In this document: piece after piece, positions 1 through 9,817 of the stretch
Numbering within the stretch: position 1 is the first letter of the stretch
How the letters are laid out: each line of letters begins with the position of its first letter
Assembly (NCBI GenBank): GCA_963681965.1
Contig: OY820579.1
Coordinates: 448,001-512,000, forward strand
Origin: a bacterium
GTDB lineage: Bacteria; Electryoneota; JAOADG01
Direction of reading: 5' to 3'
Length of the DNA stretch: 64,000 nt
Notes under the pieces: model-generated
What the model saw: the letters and a program-made list of their open reading frames with translations, nothing else
The model's database searches: none
Told to the model about the DNA's origin: nothing
Program-made: the position numbers and the translations under genes

Positions 1-405
1 CCGGTCGATCCGCGCTGGTTCCGCAATCCGCGTCGCGACATGCTCTGGGTCGCGTTGGCAGGACCGGCAATGAATTTTCTGCTGGCAGTCATCTCGGCAC
101 TCCTGATCCGGTTCACGATCGCCCCCGACTCCGACAGTATCCTCGGTGGGGTACTCTGGTATACTATGATCGTAAATGTCACATTGGCAGTATTTAACCT
201 GATCCCTGTCCCGCCACTAGACGGTTCCCGCGTACTCACCGGACTTTTACCGGAAAATCTGGCAGTATGGTATGCCGGGCTCGAACGCTATTCGATGTTT
301 CTTCTGGTCGGACTTTTTCTTTACATTCAGTTTGTATCACCCGGGTTCATTAATACCCTGGTTCGCCCGTTTACGCAATTTTTTGCCGGATTAGCCGGAG
401 GTTGA
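1..405 (+). CDS. Site-2 protease family (M50) membrane metalloprotease, 5'-truncated by window edge
   Basis: AGPxxN and NLIPVPPLDG motifs, hydrophobic segments; frame is open back to base 1 (PVDPRWFRNPRRD). Confidence 0.85.
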   Translation, partial: PVDPRWFRNPRRDMLWVALAGPAMNFLLAVISALLIRFTIAPDSDSILGGVLWYTMIVNVTLAVFNLIPVPPLDGSRVLTGLLPENLAVWYAGLERYSMFLLVGLFLYIQFVSPGFINTLVRPFTQFFAGLAGG

Positions 406-412
406 CCGCCGC

Positions 413-2107
413 ATGACTTTTCGCAGCATTTTATCGCTCGTCGCGTGTTTCGCGATTCTTCATATTTTTAGCGCCGGATCGCCGGTCATCGCGAAAACAT
501 CGCGAAAACACCGCACTCCGAACGTGAATCCGATCGAAGCTGCAACCGCCGATTCGATTGAGCGCGCTAAAACTCACGATACCGATGAAGAAGCACCGGC
601 AGTGCCACTCGACTCCTTGTCGCGTGCTAAAACGCTGCAAGAACGGCTTGATGAGTGGATGAACAAACCGCATGTGAATCAGGGTCAATGGGGCGTTCGC
701 GTCGAGCATTTAGCCAATCGGGCAATCGTATACGACCACAATGGATCCAAACCGCTGATTCCCGCTTCTAACGCCAAGCTATTCACCGCCGCTGCCGCGT
801 ATGAGAAACTCGGACCGAATTATCGCTACCGCACCGCATTCGTAGGAACCTGCCCACTGGACAAGAACGGCGTACTCAACGGTGATTTGCAGTTGGTTGG
901 ATCGGGCGATCCGACGCTTTCGCGCATCTTCCACGACGACGATCTCTCGTCGCTTTTGCGGAGTTGGGCTGACTCGCTGATCGGTCGCGGTCTCAAACGA
1001 ATCACCGGAAAAATTGTCGTTCCGGAAGTCTTCTGGGCAGAATCGGGACCCGTTAAGGGATGGGAATGGAATGATCTTGCCGAAGAGTATGCCGCATTCC
1101 CCGACATCATGGCAATCAACGATAATTGTGTCGATCTGGTTGTCGATCCGGGCAAACAAGTCGGCGAACCAATCAAATGCTCGTTCGAACCACCCGAACT
1201 AGAGGGGGTGGAGGGTGTCGAAGTCGATGCCGTCACTGCCGAACAGAACACCGAATACAAGCTTTCAATCATCCCGGCGATCTGGACTGGACAATGGAAA
1301 GTGATGGGATCCATTCCGCTCGCAGCAAAGACGCGACGCACCCGCATGACGATTCGCAATCCGCGGGAAGTCTGGCGTCGCACATTCGAGTCAATTTTGA
1401 AATCGCGTGGCGTTGTCGTTGGCGCCGAACCGAAAAAGAAAAGGATCGCAGGGTTCGATGCCGAAGCCGCTACACTGAAACCGCAGAGTAAACCCGATAC
1501 CCTCTTGATCGTGGAATCGCTGCCGATGAAGCGGATTGTACACGAAGTGCTGAAACGATCGCACAATCTTTCCGCGGAACATCTCTTTCGTACGGTCGGA
1601 TATTTCGAAAGCGACGAATGGTCTACTGACGCCGGACGAGAAGCCGTCACCGAATTGATGAAAAAGTGGGGTTTGGACACCAAAACATTCGAATTGCAGG
1701 ATGGAAGCGGTCTCGGTCGCGGTGCGTGTGTTCCGCCGGCAGTATTTTGTCAATTACTCGAAGTCGTTGCCCAAAAACCCTGGTTTCCCGATTTCTATGA
1801 AGAAATGGCAGCCGCGGGCGAACAGGAAACAACGATGCAAAAACGCCACCTGTTGCTTCCCGATAACATTACGATCAAAGCCAAGACTGGTACGTTGCAT
1901 AAAGTATCGACGCTGTCCGGTTATATTTGCAGCCCAAGCGACACGTTGACTTTTTCCATTTTGAGTAACTTTTATTACGGCAGTGTACGTCGTGTAAAAG
2001 AAATTCAAAACGGTATTCTAACCGAATTGGCATGGTCGATCGCCGATCGCGGACCACAGAAAAAAGAAATTAGCGAACCGCCACCGGCGAAACGCTTCCC
2101 GAAATAG
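413..2107 (+). CDS. dacB: D-alanyl-D-alanine carboxypeptidase/endopeptidase (PBP4, peptidase S13)
   Basis: PASNAK (SxxK), SHN (SxN), KTGTL, GSGDPTL and DGSGL motifs; signal peptide. Confidence 0.92.
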   Translation: MTFRSILSLVACFAILHIFSAGSPVIAKTSRKHRTPNVNPIEAATADSIERAKTHDTDEEAPAVPLDSLSRAKTLQERLDEWMNKPHVNQGQWGVRVEHLANRAIVYDHNGSKPLIPASNAKLFTAAAAYEKLGPNYRYRTAFVGTCPLDKNGVLNGDLQLVGSGDPTLSRIFHDDDLSSLLRSWADSLIGRGLKRITGKIVVPEVFWAESGPVKGWEWNDLAEEYAAFPDIMAINDNCVDLVVDPGKQVGEPIKCSFEPPELEGVEGVEVDAVTAEQNTEYKLSIIPAIWTGQWKVMGSIPLAAKTRRTRMTIRNPREVWRRTFESILKSRGVVVGAEPKKKRIAGFDAEAATLKPQSKPDTLLIVESLPMKRIVHEVLKRSHNLSAEHLFRTVGYFESDEWSTDAGREAVTELMKKWGLDTKTFELQDGSGLGRGACVPPAVFCQLLEVVAQKPWFPDFYEEMAAAGEQETTMQKRHLLLPDNITIKAKTGTLHKVSTLSGYICSPSDTLTFSILSNFYYGSVRRVKEIQNGILTELAWSIADRGPQKKEISEPPPAKRFPK

Positions 2108-2197
2108 CGAACTTGATCGGTTCGGTCGTTCGCAACTCTAGCGTGAAAATTACTTGATCTTTTTTGCAGTAACAGTACTATCGAAAGGAGTGTATTT

Positions 2198-3889
2198 ATG
2201 CGCGCTCTAGTCGAGTGCGTCCCGAATTTCTCGGATGGACGTAACCAAGACACAATTCAAGCCATCTCAGCGGCAATTTCCTCGGTACCGGGTGTTGCAC
2301 TATTGAACGTCGAACCGGATCCGGATTACAATCGCACCGTGGTAACATTTGTCGGCGATCCATTGGCTTCAGTTGAAGCGGCATTCCGTGCTCATAAAGT
2401 TGCCGCGCAACGGATCGACATGACGAAACAAACCGGTAATCATCCCCGAATGGGTGCGGCGGATGTCGTTCCATTTATTCCGATTGCCAACAGTTCGATG
2501 AAAGAGTGCGTTACGCTGGCAGAATTGTACGCCGAGCGAGTTTGGACTGAATTGGGCATTCCGATGTACCTGTACGAAGCAGCCGCGCGGAAGCCCGATC
2601 GCAGAAACCTCGCCTCGATCCGAGCCGGTGAATATGAAGGATTGGAAGCAAAACTGCGCGACGAGAATTGGGCGCCAGATATCGGCAAACCGGTATTTGT
2701 TCCAAAAAGTGGCGCCACTGTAACCGGCGCACGTTTCTTCCTAGTGGCTTACAACGTAAATATCGACACTCCCGATTCGAAGTTAGTGAACGAAATTGCA
2801 CTCGACATCCGTTCGCTCGGTCGCCCCAAAGTCGATGAAAATGGACAACCGGTACTCAATGAAAAGGGCAAGAAGATTTTCATCCCCGGTCGATTGAAAG
2901 AGATCAAGGCAATGGGAGTTCCGTTGGAACGCGATGGGCGTTCTTTATCTCAAGTATCGATCAACGTGATCAACTATCGTATCACCGCACCGCATACCGC
3001 ATTCGATGAAGTTGTCAACGACGCGACCAAACTTGGATTAAAAATTACCGGAAGTGAAATTGTCGGACTTGTACCGCAAGAAGCATTGGTCCTTGCAGGA
3101 AAACATTCCCTCGAAAAGAAGGGTGTATCATCCAATGCGATTTCCGACGACGACTTGATGATGAAGGGTGTCGACTATCTGGGTCTGAACGATTTGTATC
3201 CATTCGATGTTTCGGAAAAGGTGATTGAGAAAATCGTCGAGAAGAAATTCGGCAGTAGCTCCACAGAAGCACTCGTTGATTTATCGGTCGAAAATTTTAC
3301 CAACAAGGTTGCTTCCGATAGCCCCGCCCCCGGCGGTGGCTCGGTCGCGGCAGCAGTCGCAGCACAAGGCGTAGCGCTGTTGGAAATGGTCTGTTGTTTA
3401 ACCGTTGGAAAGAAAAAATACGAAGCGGTTTGGGATGAATTATCGAAGATCCGCGAAGAAATCATGCCCTATCGTCAGGAACTGGTACGCGCAGTCGATC
3501 GCGATACCATCGCATTCAATTCCTTGATGGCTGCGATGAAGATGCCGAAAGAAACCGAACCGGACAAGGCAATTCGAAAGCAAGCGATCCTCGATGCAAC
3601 GCGCTTTGCCACCCAAGTACCGCTGCATGTTGTCCGAATTGCTTCTACAGCTCTTCAATTCGCTCAAGACATTGCCGCCAAAGGTAATACGAATGCGCTA
3701 TCGGATGTCGGGGTTGGTGCATCGATGTTACTTGCCGGCGCGCGCGGCGCAATGATGAACGTGATGATCAATCTGCCGGGATTACCAGAACCCGAACAAA
3801 TTATTATTCGTCATCAACTCGAGCAACTCATGGAATCGACTGAACGGGTTGCAGCGTCGGTTGTTGCTGAAGTGCAATCTAAGCTTTAA
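2198..3889 (+). CDS. ftcD: Bifunctional glutamate formiminotransferase / formiminotetrahydrofolate cyclodeaminase
   Basis: LVECVPNFSDG start, HPRMGAADVVPF, SEIVGLVP, then cyclodeaminase PAPGGGSVAA and GNTNALSD; AAGGAG RBS. Confidence 0.92.
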   Translation: MRALVECVPNFSDGRNQDTIQAISAAISSVPGVALLNVEPDPDYNRTVVTFVGDPLASVEAAFRAHKVAAQRIDMTKQTGNHPRMGAADVVPFIPIANSSMKECVTLAELYAERVWTELGIPMYLYEAAARKPDRRNLASIRAGEYEGLEAKLRDENWAPDIGKPVFVPKSGATVTGARFFLVAYNVNIDTPDSKLVNEIALDIRSLGRPKVDENGQPVLNEKGKKIFIPGRLKEIKAMGVPLERDGRSLSQVSINVINYRITAPHTAFDEVVNDATKLGLKITGSEIVGLVPQEALVLAGKHSLEKKGVSSNAISDDDLMMKGVDYLGLNDLYPFDVSEKVIEKIVEKKFGSSSTEALVDLSVENFTNKVASDSPAPGGGSVAAAVAAQGVALLEMVCCLTVGKKKYEAVWDELSKIREEIMPYRQELVRAVDRDTIAFNSLMAAMKMPKETEPDKAIRKQAILDATRFATQVPLHVVRIASTALQFAQDIAAKGNTNALSDVGVGASMLLAGARGAMMNVMINLPGLPEPEQIIIRHQLEQLMESTERVAASVVAEVQSKL

Positions 3890-3914
3890 CAATCCAACTC
3901 AATTTGAATATCGT

Positions 3915-3940
3915 AAAGGGCGCGTAATGCGCCCTTTTTT
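3915..3940 (+). terminator. Rho-independent terminator
   Basis: AAAGGGCGC-GTAAT-GCGCCCTTTTTT directly after ftcD. Confidence 0.8.
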
Positions 3941-4143
3941 GGTGCCCTGAGAGTCCGATGCTACCGACATTTTCTCGTTTGCGTCGAATCAATCAATCTC
4001 CAACCTCAATCAATGATTGTAACAAAAATGATTGCAACTTTCGATCTTATATTTGCACCAGTTTAGTAGAAACCATTGCTTACCTCTAAACCGACGTGTT
4101 ACATTTAAGTCATACTAAGAGACACTAACTAGCCGAGGAAGCT

Positions 4144-5715
4144 ATGAGCCGCAAACTGGTGGTTTCAATATTTTTGCTTACAGCAATTCTCCACTTTGCT
4201 ATCTCCTCGACCGGAACTCCAGAAAAAAATCTCAACGCTGCCAATCCCGAAATAAACCGAGTACAAATCGAAAAGGCGATCGCATACTATCGTCAATTAG
4301 GGGATTCGTTGAAATTTGAGGCGTTGCGATTATTGATAACAAATATGAGTCGTCTCTACTACGAAGAGTATACATTAATCGATTCGTCGCGCGTTGAGGT
4401 TCCTTTCGATGTTATGTCGTTTACCACGTATGACGATGCAACTGAAGCGATGTCAAAATTAGCAACATCGTATCGCGGACTACATTTCGAATTGAAAAAA
4501 CGAGATTTCGACATTGAGTCAGTGCGAGCAGAATTTATCATCAACAACATCGAATTGGCGTTTAAGGCTTGGCGAACAAAACCGTGGGCCCGGTCGCTGC
4601 CATTTCGAACCTTTGAAGAGTATATTCTTCCCTATCGCGGATCGCATGAAAAGCTTTCAAACTGGCGTGAATACTTCTACAATAAATTCCGAGATGTACC
4701 AACTCAGTTGGAAGATCCAACCGACCCGGTTGCCGCGGCACGGGTAATTTGTAAAGGTGTCCTCGATAGTTTTCAAGTCGATTCGCGCTTTTATTATCGT
4801 CCTACAGATTTAACTTTCGACGAGATGATGACACTTAAGCATGGTCGGTGCGAAGATGTATCGAACATGGTTCAGTATGCCGGTCGTGCCAACGGAATCG
4901 TGATCTACAGCGATTTTGTACCTTGCTGGGCGAATGCTGAAAACAATCACATCTGGAATGTCGTTCGTGGTCGCAATGGAAAAGCCGTATCGATCGAAAC
5001 AGGTGAAGACCTTCACGAAGCATTTGCGCTGCAAGGTAAAGCACCCAAGATTTATCGGACGACGTTCTCCGATCAAAAATCAAGTTTAGCGATGCAAATT
5101 CGATCCGGCGAAGAAATACCGCCGTTGCTAATTCTTCGCTCGATGATCGATGTTACGAAAGATTATGTGGACGTAGCCGACGTCGATATCGATATACCGG
5201 TACAGGTTCCGACGAATTCGCGGTTCGCTTATCTCTGTGTCTTTAACAGTGGATCTTGGAAACCAGTCGACTGGGCGCGAATCAATAAAGGTCATGCGAA
5301 CTTTCGAAATATTGGAAAATCGATTGTCTACTGTCCGGCGTTTTATGTGAACAGTACGGTTGTCCCGTTCGGAGATCCATTCTTATTGGACGAAAATGGC
5401 GAGACGCATCCTCTAACAAGCGATTCATTGCAAATGGCGACCTATTCTCTCAAAACCTTACTGCGGAAAGAGATTATCGGTGTAACTGTCGAACGTAATG
5501 TGATGGATCTCGATTCCGGAGCTACTTACGAATTGTACTACTGGAAAAATGGCTGGAAGCCAGTCGGTTCCGAGGTTTACACAAAAGAAAATGGATCGCT
5601 GGTATTTCAGCAAGTTCCGGTCAATCAACTATACTGGTTGGTCAAGCGGGAATCGGCAAAAAAATTCGACGAGCGGATTTTCACTATTCAAAAAGGGAAA
5701 CAAGTTTGGTGGTAA
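4144..5715 (+). CDS. Secreted transglutaminase-like (cysteine protease fold) protein, paralog 1
   Basis: Signal peptide; YILPYR, GRCED (Cys), NHIWN (His), DVT..Y; C-terminus ERIFT...QVWW. Confidence 0.7.
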   Translation: MSRKLVVSIFLLTAILHFAISSTGTPEKNLNAANPEINRVQIEKAIAYYRQLGDSLKFEALRLLITNMSRLYYEEYTLIDSSRVEVPFDVMSFTTYDDATEAMSKLATSYRGLHFELKKRDFDIESVRAEFIINNIELAFKAWRTKPWARSLPFRTFEEYILPYRGSHEKLSNWREYFYNKFRDVPTQLEDPTDPVAAARVICKGVLDSFQVDSRFYYRPTDLTFDEMMTLKHGRCEDVSNMVQYAGRANGIVIYSDFVPCWANAENNHIWNVVRGRNGKAVSIETGEDLHEAFALQGKAPKIYRTTFSDQKSSLAMQIRSGEEIPPLLILRSMIDVTKDYVDVADVDIDIPVQVPTNSRFAYLCVFNSGSWKPVDWARINKGHANFRNIGKSIVYCPAFYVNSTVVPFGDPFLLDENGETHPLTSDSLQMATYSLKTLLRKEIIGVTVERNVMDLDSGATYELYYWKNGWKPVGSEVYTKENGSLVFQQVPVNQLYWLVKRESAKKFDERIFTIQKGKQVWW

Positions 5716-5817
5716 TACACTATCTTTCCGATTAACCACAGGTGAATCTAATTCGATATGGGCGATCTTCTCGCCCATTTTTATTTGTCTTGGGTTTAAT
5801 TATGGATCGTTGCCTCA

Positions 5818-5869
5818 ATTCAATGTCAGAGATCACCTGACTTCGGGAGGACGACCGACGACACCTACT
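5818..5869. repeat. Degenerate copy of the internal REP-like core of the adjacent element
   Basis: ATTCAaTGTCAG...CCTGAC..CGGGaGGACG...CCTACT aligns with 5912-5966. Confidence 0.5.
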
Positions 5870-5881
5870 CTAGTGAACCGG

Positions 5882-5999
5882 TATAGTGATTCTTGAAAAT
5901 AAGTTGTCATGATTCAGTGTCAGGCTTCGCCTGACCTGCGGGCGGACGCGGGGATCCGCCCCTACTACCGATAACAACTTATTTTCAAGAGATACTATA
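5882..5999. mobile_element. 118-bp non-autonomous MITE/REP-like element, copy 1
   Basis: 26-bp terminal inverted repeats (TATAGTgatTCTTGAAAATAAGTTGT / ACAACTTATTTTCAAGAgatACTATA), two internal hairpins, near-identical second copy at 52798-52915. Confidence 0.75.
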
Positions 6000-6036
6000 T
6001 ACTTGCAATCTGAATCAGTAAACCTGATCAAGAATG

Positions 6037-6066
6037 AAAAAAGGCGAACCGGATGGTTCGCCTTTT
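6037..6066 (-). terminator. Rho-independent terminator of the S8 protease gene
   Basis: AAAAAAGGCGAACC-GGAT-GGTTCGCCTTTT. Confidence 0.75.
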
Positions 6067-6088
6067 CTCGCAATCGATGAATCGATGC

Positions 6089-9000
6089 TTAGCGCATCAG
6101 CATCAATTTCTGCGTGCTATTGAAATTCTTTCCGGAAATTACTCGAACCAGATAAACGCCGCTCGGGACATCGTGACCGGCAGCATTCTTGCCATTCCAG
6201 CGCAAAGTATGGAAGCCAGCCGCCAATTGTCCACTTTGAATCGTCGCAATATGACGACCCATGACGTTGAATACGTCGACAGTTACATCGTCGTTTTTTG
6301 GCAATCCAATCTGGAATTTCGTTTCGGGATTGAATGGATTCGGTGCTGCTGGATACATCGCGTATTCAGTCGGAATACCGCTTAGGTGATCTAATACGCT
6401 TGAGGAACCGATCGAAAAATCGCCATCGCTAGTATCGGCAAACGATGGGGTACCCGCGTACGAAACCCGGAACCGACAGTGTTGCGATGCCCCTGACGCC
6501 GTCCACGGCATACTACCATTGTTTTCAAAGTTGTTGTAAAGTACCGACCATTGGGCGGAGGGGAACGATCGATTCAATTCAATTTTCACAATACCACCCA
6601 TATTCGATTCCCAGCGCAGGGTTTGAACAGTACTCATTGGCCAAACTTCGCCGCCGTTAGGATAAGTGATATGGATCCAACCGATCAACATCGTGTTGTC
6701 GGTATTGGAGATATTTGAAACAGTCGTATCGGTTACCGATGTGACCTTAAATCGAATCGTATTCGATAATTCACCACCCGGCGTCCAGCGATAGGCACCA
6801 TTGTTCGCAGTCGATACAACGACCTGTTCCCAAGTTCCCGAGGGATAGGTTCGATTCATTTGAATGCGAATATTTCCCAATACGCCGATCGAAGTCCACG
6901 TGACATTCAATGGCAATCCACGGAAAATCGTATCGTTGTCGGAAGGATAGGTTACTGAAATCGCCGGTCGAGCGATTGTAAAGCTTGCATTCGATTCGTC
7001 ATACTGGGTAAGATTAGCCGGATTAACCAATCGGATTCGACAATTTGTCGATGCCGGACTGGTGATCGTCCATGCATACGCAGTATCCGAATTCAAACGA
7101 TTGACGGCAACGGTGTCCCAAGTACCGGTAGGATAGTTGGTATTGACCAGAATATTGACGCGCGAGAAGCCTAGTGGTTTCCACGTGATCATATGCTGGG
7201 TGTTCTGCGTCCAATTTTCGCCACCGTTGGGAATTTTTACTTCGATTGTCGATGCCAGAATCGTGAAGTTTACATCGGAAGTATCGCCCATCGTCGCATT
7301 TTGCGCGTTAATTATTCGAACACGGGCACTATTGGAAACTGGACCGGTCACAGTCCAATTATAGGTTCCATTGCTCGCATAATTTGCAAACAAGGTTTCC
7401 CACGTACCGGTAGGATAGGATCGATTGATCTCGATATTGACGGATCGAACGCCCATCGATACCCAATGCACGGCATAGATCATACCGATATGTGTCGTAT
7501 CGTTACCATTTGGCGCTGTGACCGTAAGATTCGGCGTTAACACCGTTAAATTGGAATCGGACATATCGGCAAACGTTGTGTCATTGGCTTTCGTGATCCG
7601 CAGACGGGCAGTCGTTGTTGCCGGTCCGGTAACAATCCAACCATACTGACCGGTATTACTGATTCCACCAGCGATACGTTCCCACGTTCCACCGGGATAA
7701 GTCCGCATAAAATCGATATCGACCGAATCGATGCCTTCCGAAGTCCAATCGATCGCCAGCGGAACGCCAAGACGCAAGACATCACCGCCATTGGGAGTCG
7801 TTAGACTGATCGATGGGCGTTTGACACTAAATTCAGTTCGGCTAGTGTCGCCTTGTAACGGATGATCGGGATTGTAAACCCGAATGCGAGCCGTACTAGT
7901 CGTATCGCCACCAACTGTCCACGTTTCAGAACTATCGTTAATTGTACTGGTAAACAAGGTTTCCCAAGTTCCCGTCGGATAAGTGCGATTGATCTGAATA
8001 CACACGTCCGAGACACTGTCGGCGGCTGCCCAGCGAATGGGTCTCCGTTGCGAGTGCCACCACACTTCGCCGCCACGCGGGCTCAATAACGTAATGACTG
8101 ACGGTTCGAAAAGCTGCATTGCCAAATTGGCATCAATCTCTCCGGCTCCCAGCATACTGTCTAATTCGGCTGGATTGTCCGGATAAATATCCCATGCGGA
8201 AATACGAAGGAGCGTATCCACCAGATCGGGGGTAAGATTGGTATTTCGCGATAAAATCAGCGCACCGACCGAAGCTGCCAACGGCGTTGCAACGGAAGTA
8301 CCCTGCATTTGAGCATAAGGATCGGTGTGATATGTATTCACGACCATGGTCGACCAAAGGTCGATACCGGGTGCACAAATATCAACAAATCGACCCCAGT
8401 TGGCACCGTCGAGCTTCGTGTTTTGAGGTGTCGTTGCCGTAACGGCAATCACATGATCGAATGCTGCGGGATAGCGCGATACCGGTGTTGTTCCTGTATT
8501 ATTACCCGCCGATGCGAAGACGCAAACGCCATTGCGGTAAGCGTAATTGATGACATCGCGATACGCTTGCGAAGCTTGTGTCCATGCCCAGGAAATACTA
8601 ACAATTCGAGCACCACGATTGACGGCATACTGAATACCGGCAATAAAATCATCGTCATATCCGGCGACGAATAATTGATTCTGCGATGTAACGGCACAAG
8701 CCGCTTTTACCGCTAGGGTCTTGATCCCGAATGAAGCTGCGGGAATACCGACTCCATTATTGGTCTGTGCCGCCAACGTTCCAGCGACATGGGTACCATG
8801 CCCGTAAACATCCATCGGCCACCAGTCGCGAGCACCGTAACGTTCGCCTTCAGCGGCATCGGCACCTTGGAAATCCGCCAACGGGTGCGACATAAAGTTG
8901 TAACCGATCGCGTCGTCGACAAATCCGTTACCGTCGTTATCTACACCGTTGCTGTCGGCAATCGTCATAAGCGTATCGCCGTTAATGTGTTCAGGGGAAT

Positions 9001-9628
9001 ATAAAAATTGATTGACTAAATCGGGATGAGTGAAATCGACACCGGTATCGATCGATACTGCAAGAACGTTGGTACTTCCGCGTTGCCGATCCCAGGCTTG
9101 ACGAATATGAATCGTGTCCAACTGCCAGAGATCCCGGTTATCAAGACTCCAATCCGACGGGGTGAAACAGGCTTGTCCACCGTTGACCGAACTGGCTTCA
9201 TCGATACCACTGCAGTTTTTGATTCGTGTGGTAAGTTTATCGATCACCGACTTGTCGGCTGACCATTTGGATTTATCGCCGATGTTGAACACGTAATATC
9301 GATCTAGTCCAATTTCATGGAACAGTGGATTTCGCATGGAAATCGGGTCGTGAGTCAACAGAGGTTTCAGCGATGAAACTTGATACTCTTCCATTAACCG
9401 GTCGAGTCCAAGGTTGTGAGTCGGATATAAAATCGAACCATCCGATTGGGGTTGTAGCGAGGCGTATTGGTAAGGTGCAAATTGCAGCCAAACCCGGCTC
9501 GCAGCATAATATTCATTCGCAAACGGGTTGGCAATCGCCCCCGAGCATAATATCGACAAAACGACCAGCACTGCCGCTATTTTCAGGCAGGAAGTCATCA
9601 TACATAATTTTCGATTCATCCTAAACAT
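6089..9628 (-). CDS. S8 (subtilisin-like) serine protease with six ~90-aa Ig-like repeats and a T9SS-type C-terminal domain
   Basis: Triad IDTG / HGTHVAG / GTSVATP; repeats starting PNGGE-like; PNPFNP tail; AGGAG RBS before ATG at 9628. Confidence 0.9.
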   Translation of the reverse strand: MFRMNRKLCMMTSCLKIAAVLVVLSILCSGAIANPFANEYYAASRVWLQFAPYQYASLQPQSDGSILYPTHNLGLDRLMEEYQVSSLKPLLTHDPISMRNPLFHEIGLDRYYVFNIGDKSKWSADKSVIDKLTTRIKNCSGIDEASSVNGGQACFTPSDWSLDNRDLWQLDTIHIRQAWDRQRGSTNVLAVSIDTGVDFTHPDLVNQFLYSPEHINGDTLMTIADSNGVDNDGNGFVDDAIGYNFMSHPLADFQGADAAEGERYGARDWWPMDVYGHGTHVAGTLAAQTNNGVGIPAASFGIKTLAVKAACAVTSQNQLFVAGYDDDFIAGIQYAVNRGARIVSISWAWTQASQAYRDVINYAYRNGVCVFASAGNNTGTTPVSRYPAAFDHVIAVTATTPQNTKLDGANWGRFVDICAPGIDLWSTMVVNTYHTDPYAQMQGTSVATPLAASVGALILSRNTNLTPDLVDTLLRISAWDIYPDNPAELDSMLGAGEIDANLAMQLFEPSVITLLSPRGGEVWWHSQRRPIRWAAADSVSDVCIQINRTYPTGTWETLFTSTINDSSETWTVGGDTTSTARIRVYNPDHPLQGDTSRTEFSVKRPSISLTTPNGGDVLRLGVPLAIDWTSEGIDSVDIDFMRTYPGGTWERIAGGISNTGQYGWIVTGPATTTARLRITKANDTTFADMSDSNLTVLTPNLTVTAPNGNDTTHIGMIYAVHWVSMGVRSVNIEINRSYPTGTWETLFANYASNGTYNWTVTGPVSNSARVRIINAQNATMGDTSDVNFTILASTIEVKIPNGGENWTQNTQHMITWKPLGFSRVNILVNTNYPTGTWDTVAVNRLNSDTAYAWTITSPASTNCRIRLVNPANLTQYDESNASFTIARPAISVTYPSDNDTIFRGLPLNVTWTSIGVLGNIRIQMNRTYPSGTWEQVVVSTANNGAYRWTPGGELSNTIRFKVTSVTDTTVSNISNTDNTMLIGWIHITYPNGGEVWPMSTVQTLRWESNMGGIVKIELNRSFPSAQWSVLYNNFENNGSMPWTASGASQHCRFRVSYAGTPSFADTSDGDFSIGSSSVLDHLSGIPTEYAMYPAAPNPFNPETKFQIGLPKNDDVTVDVFNVMGRHIATIQSGQLAAGFHTLRWNGKNAAGHDVPSGVYLVRVISGKNFNSTQKLMLMR

Positions 9629-9757
9629 GGGATTTTCTCCTATCGGAATGGCACCGCATCTTTGCAATCCAAGTCTTCCGAATTCGATTTCGGCGGGATA
9701 ATGCAATATGCACCGTAGAGATCCGCTAGTCAAGCTTTGATGAGGAATTCAAGGGAG

Positions 9758-9792
9758 AAAACGAGGACAGGGGCACAACTTGCACCCCTGTC
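9758..9792 (-). terminator. Probable terminator after the lipoprotein gene
   Basis: GACAGGGG...CCCCTGTC stem with a short T-run on the minus strand. Confidence 0.55.
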
Positions 9793-9817
9793 GCAATTCA
9801 ATATGAACCTGAAAACA

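Noticed and set aside
826-1683. 285-aa antisense ORF and the many other short overlapping ORFs in the track
   Set aside because: They lie opposite or within well-supported genes and have no motifs or RBS; they are shadow ORFs
9629-9733. N-terminal extension of the S8 ORF (similar extensions at 26497-26634, 22993-23067, 59367-59429)
   Set aside because: Downstream ATGs have a better RBS or signal-peptide position, and some extensions overlap neighbouring genes
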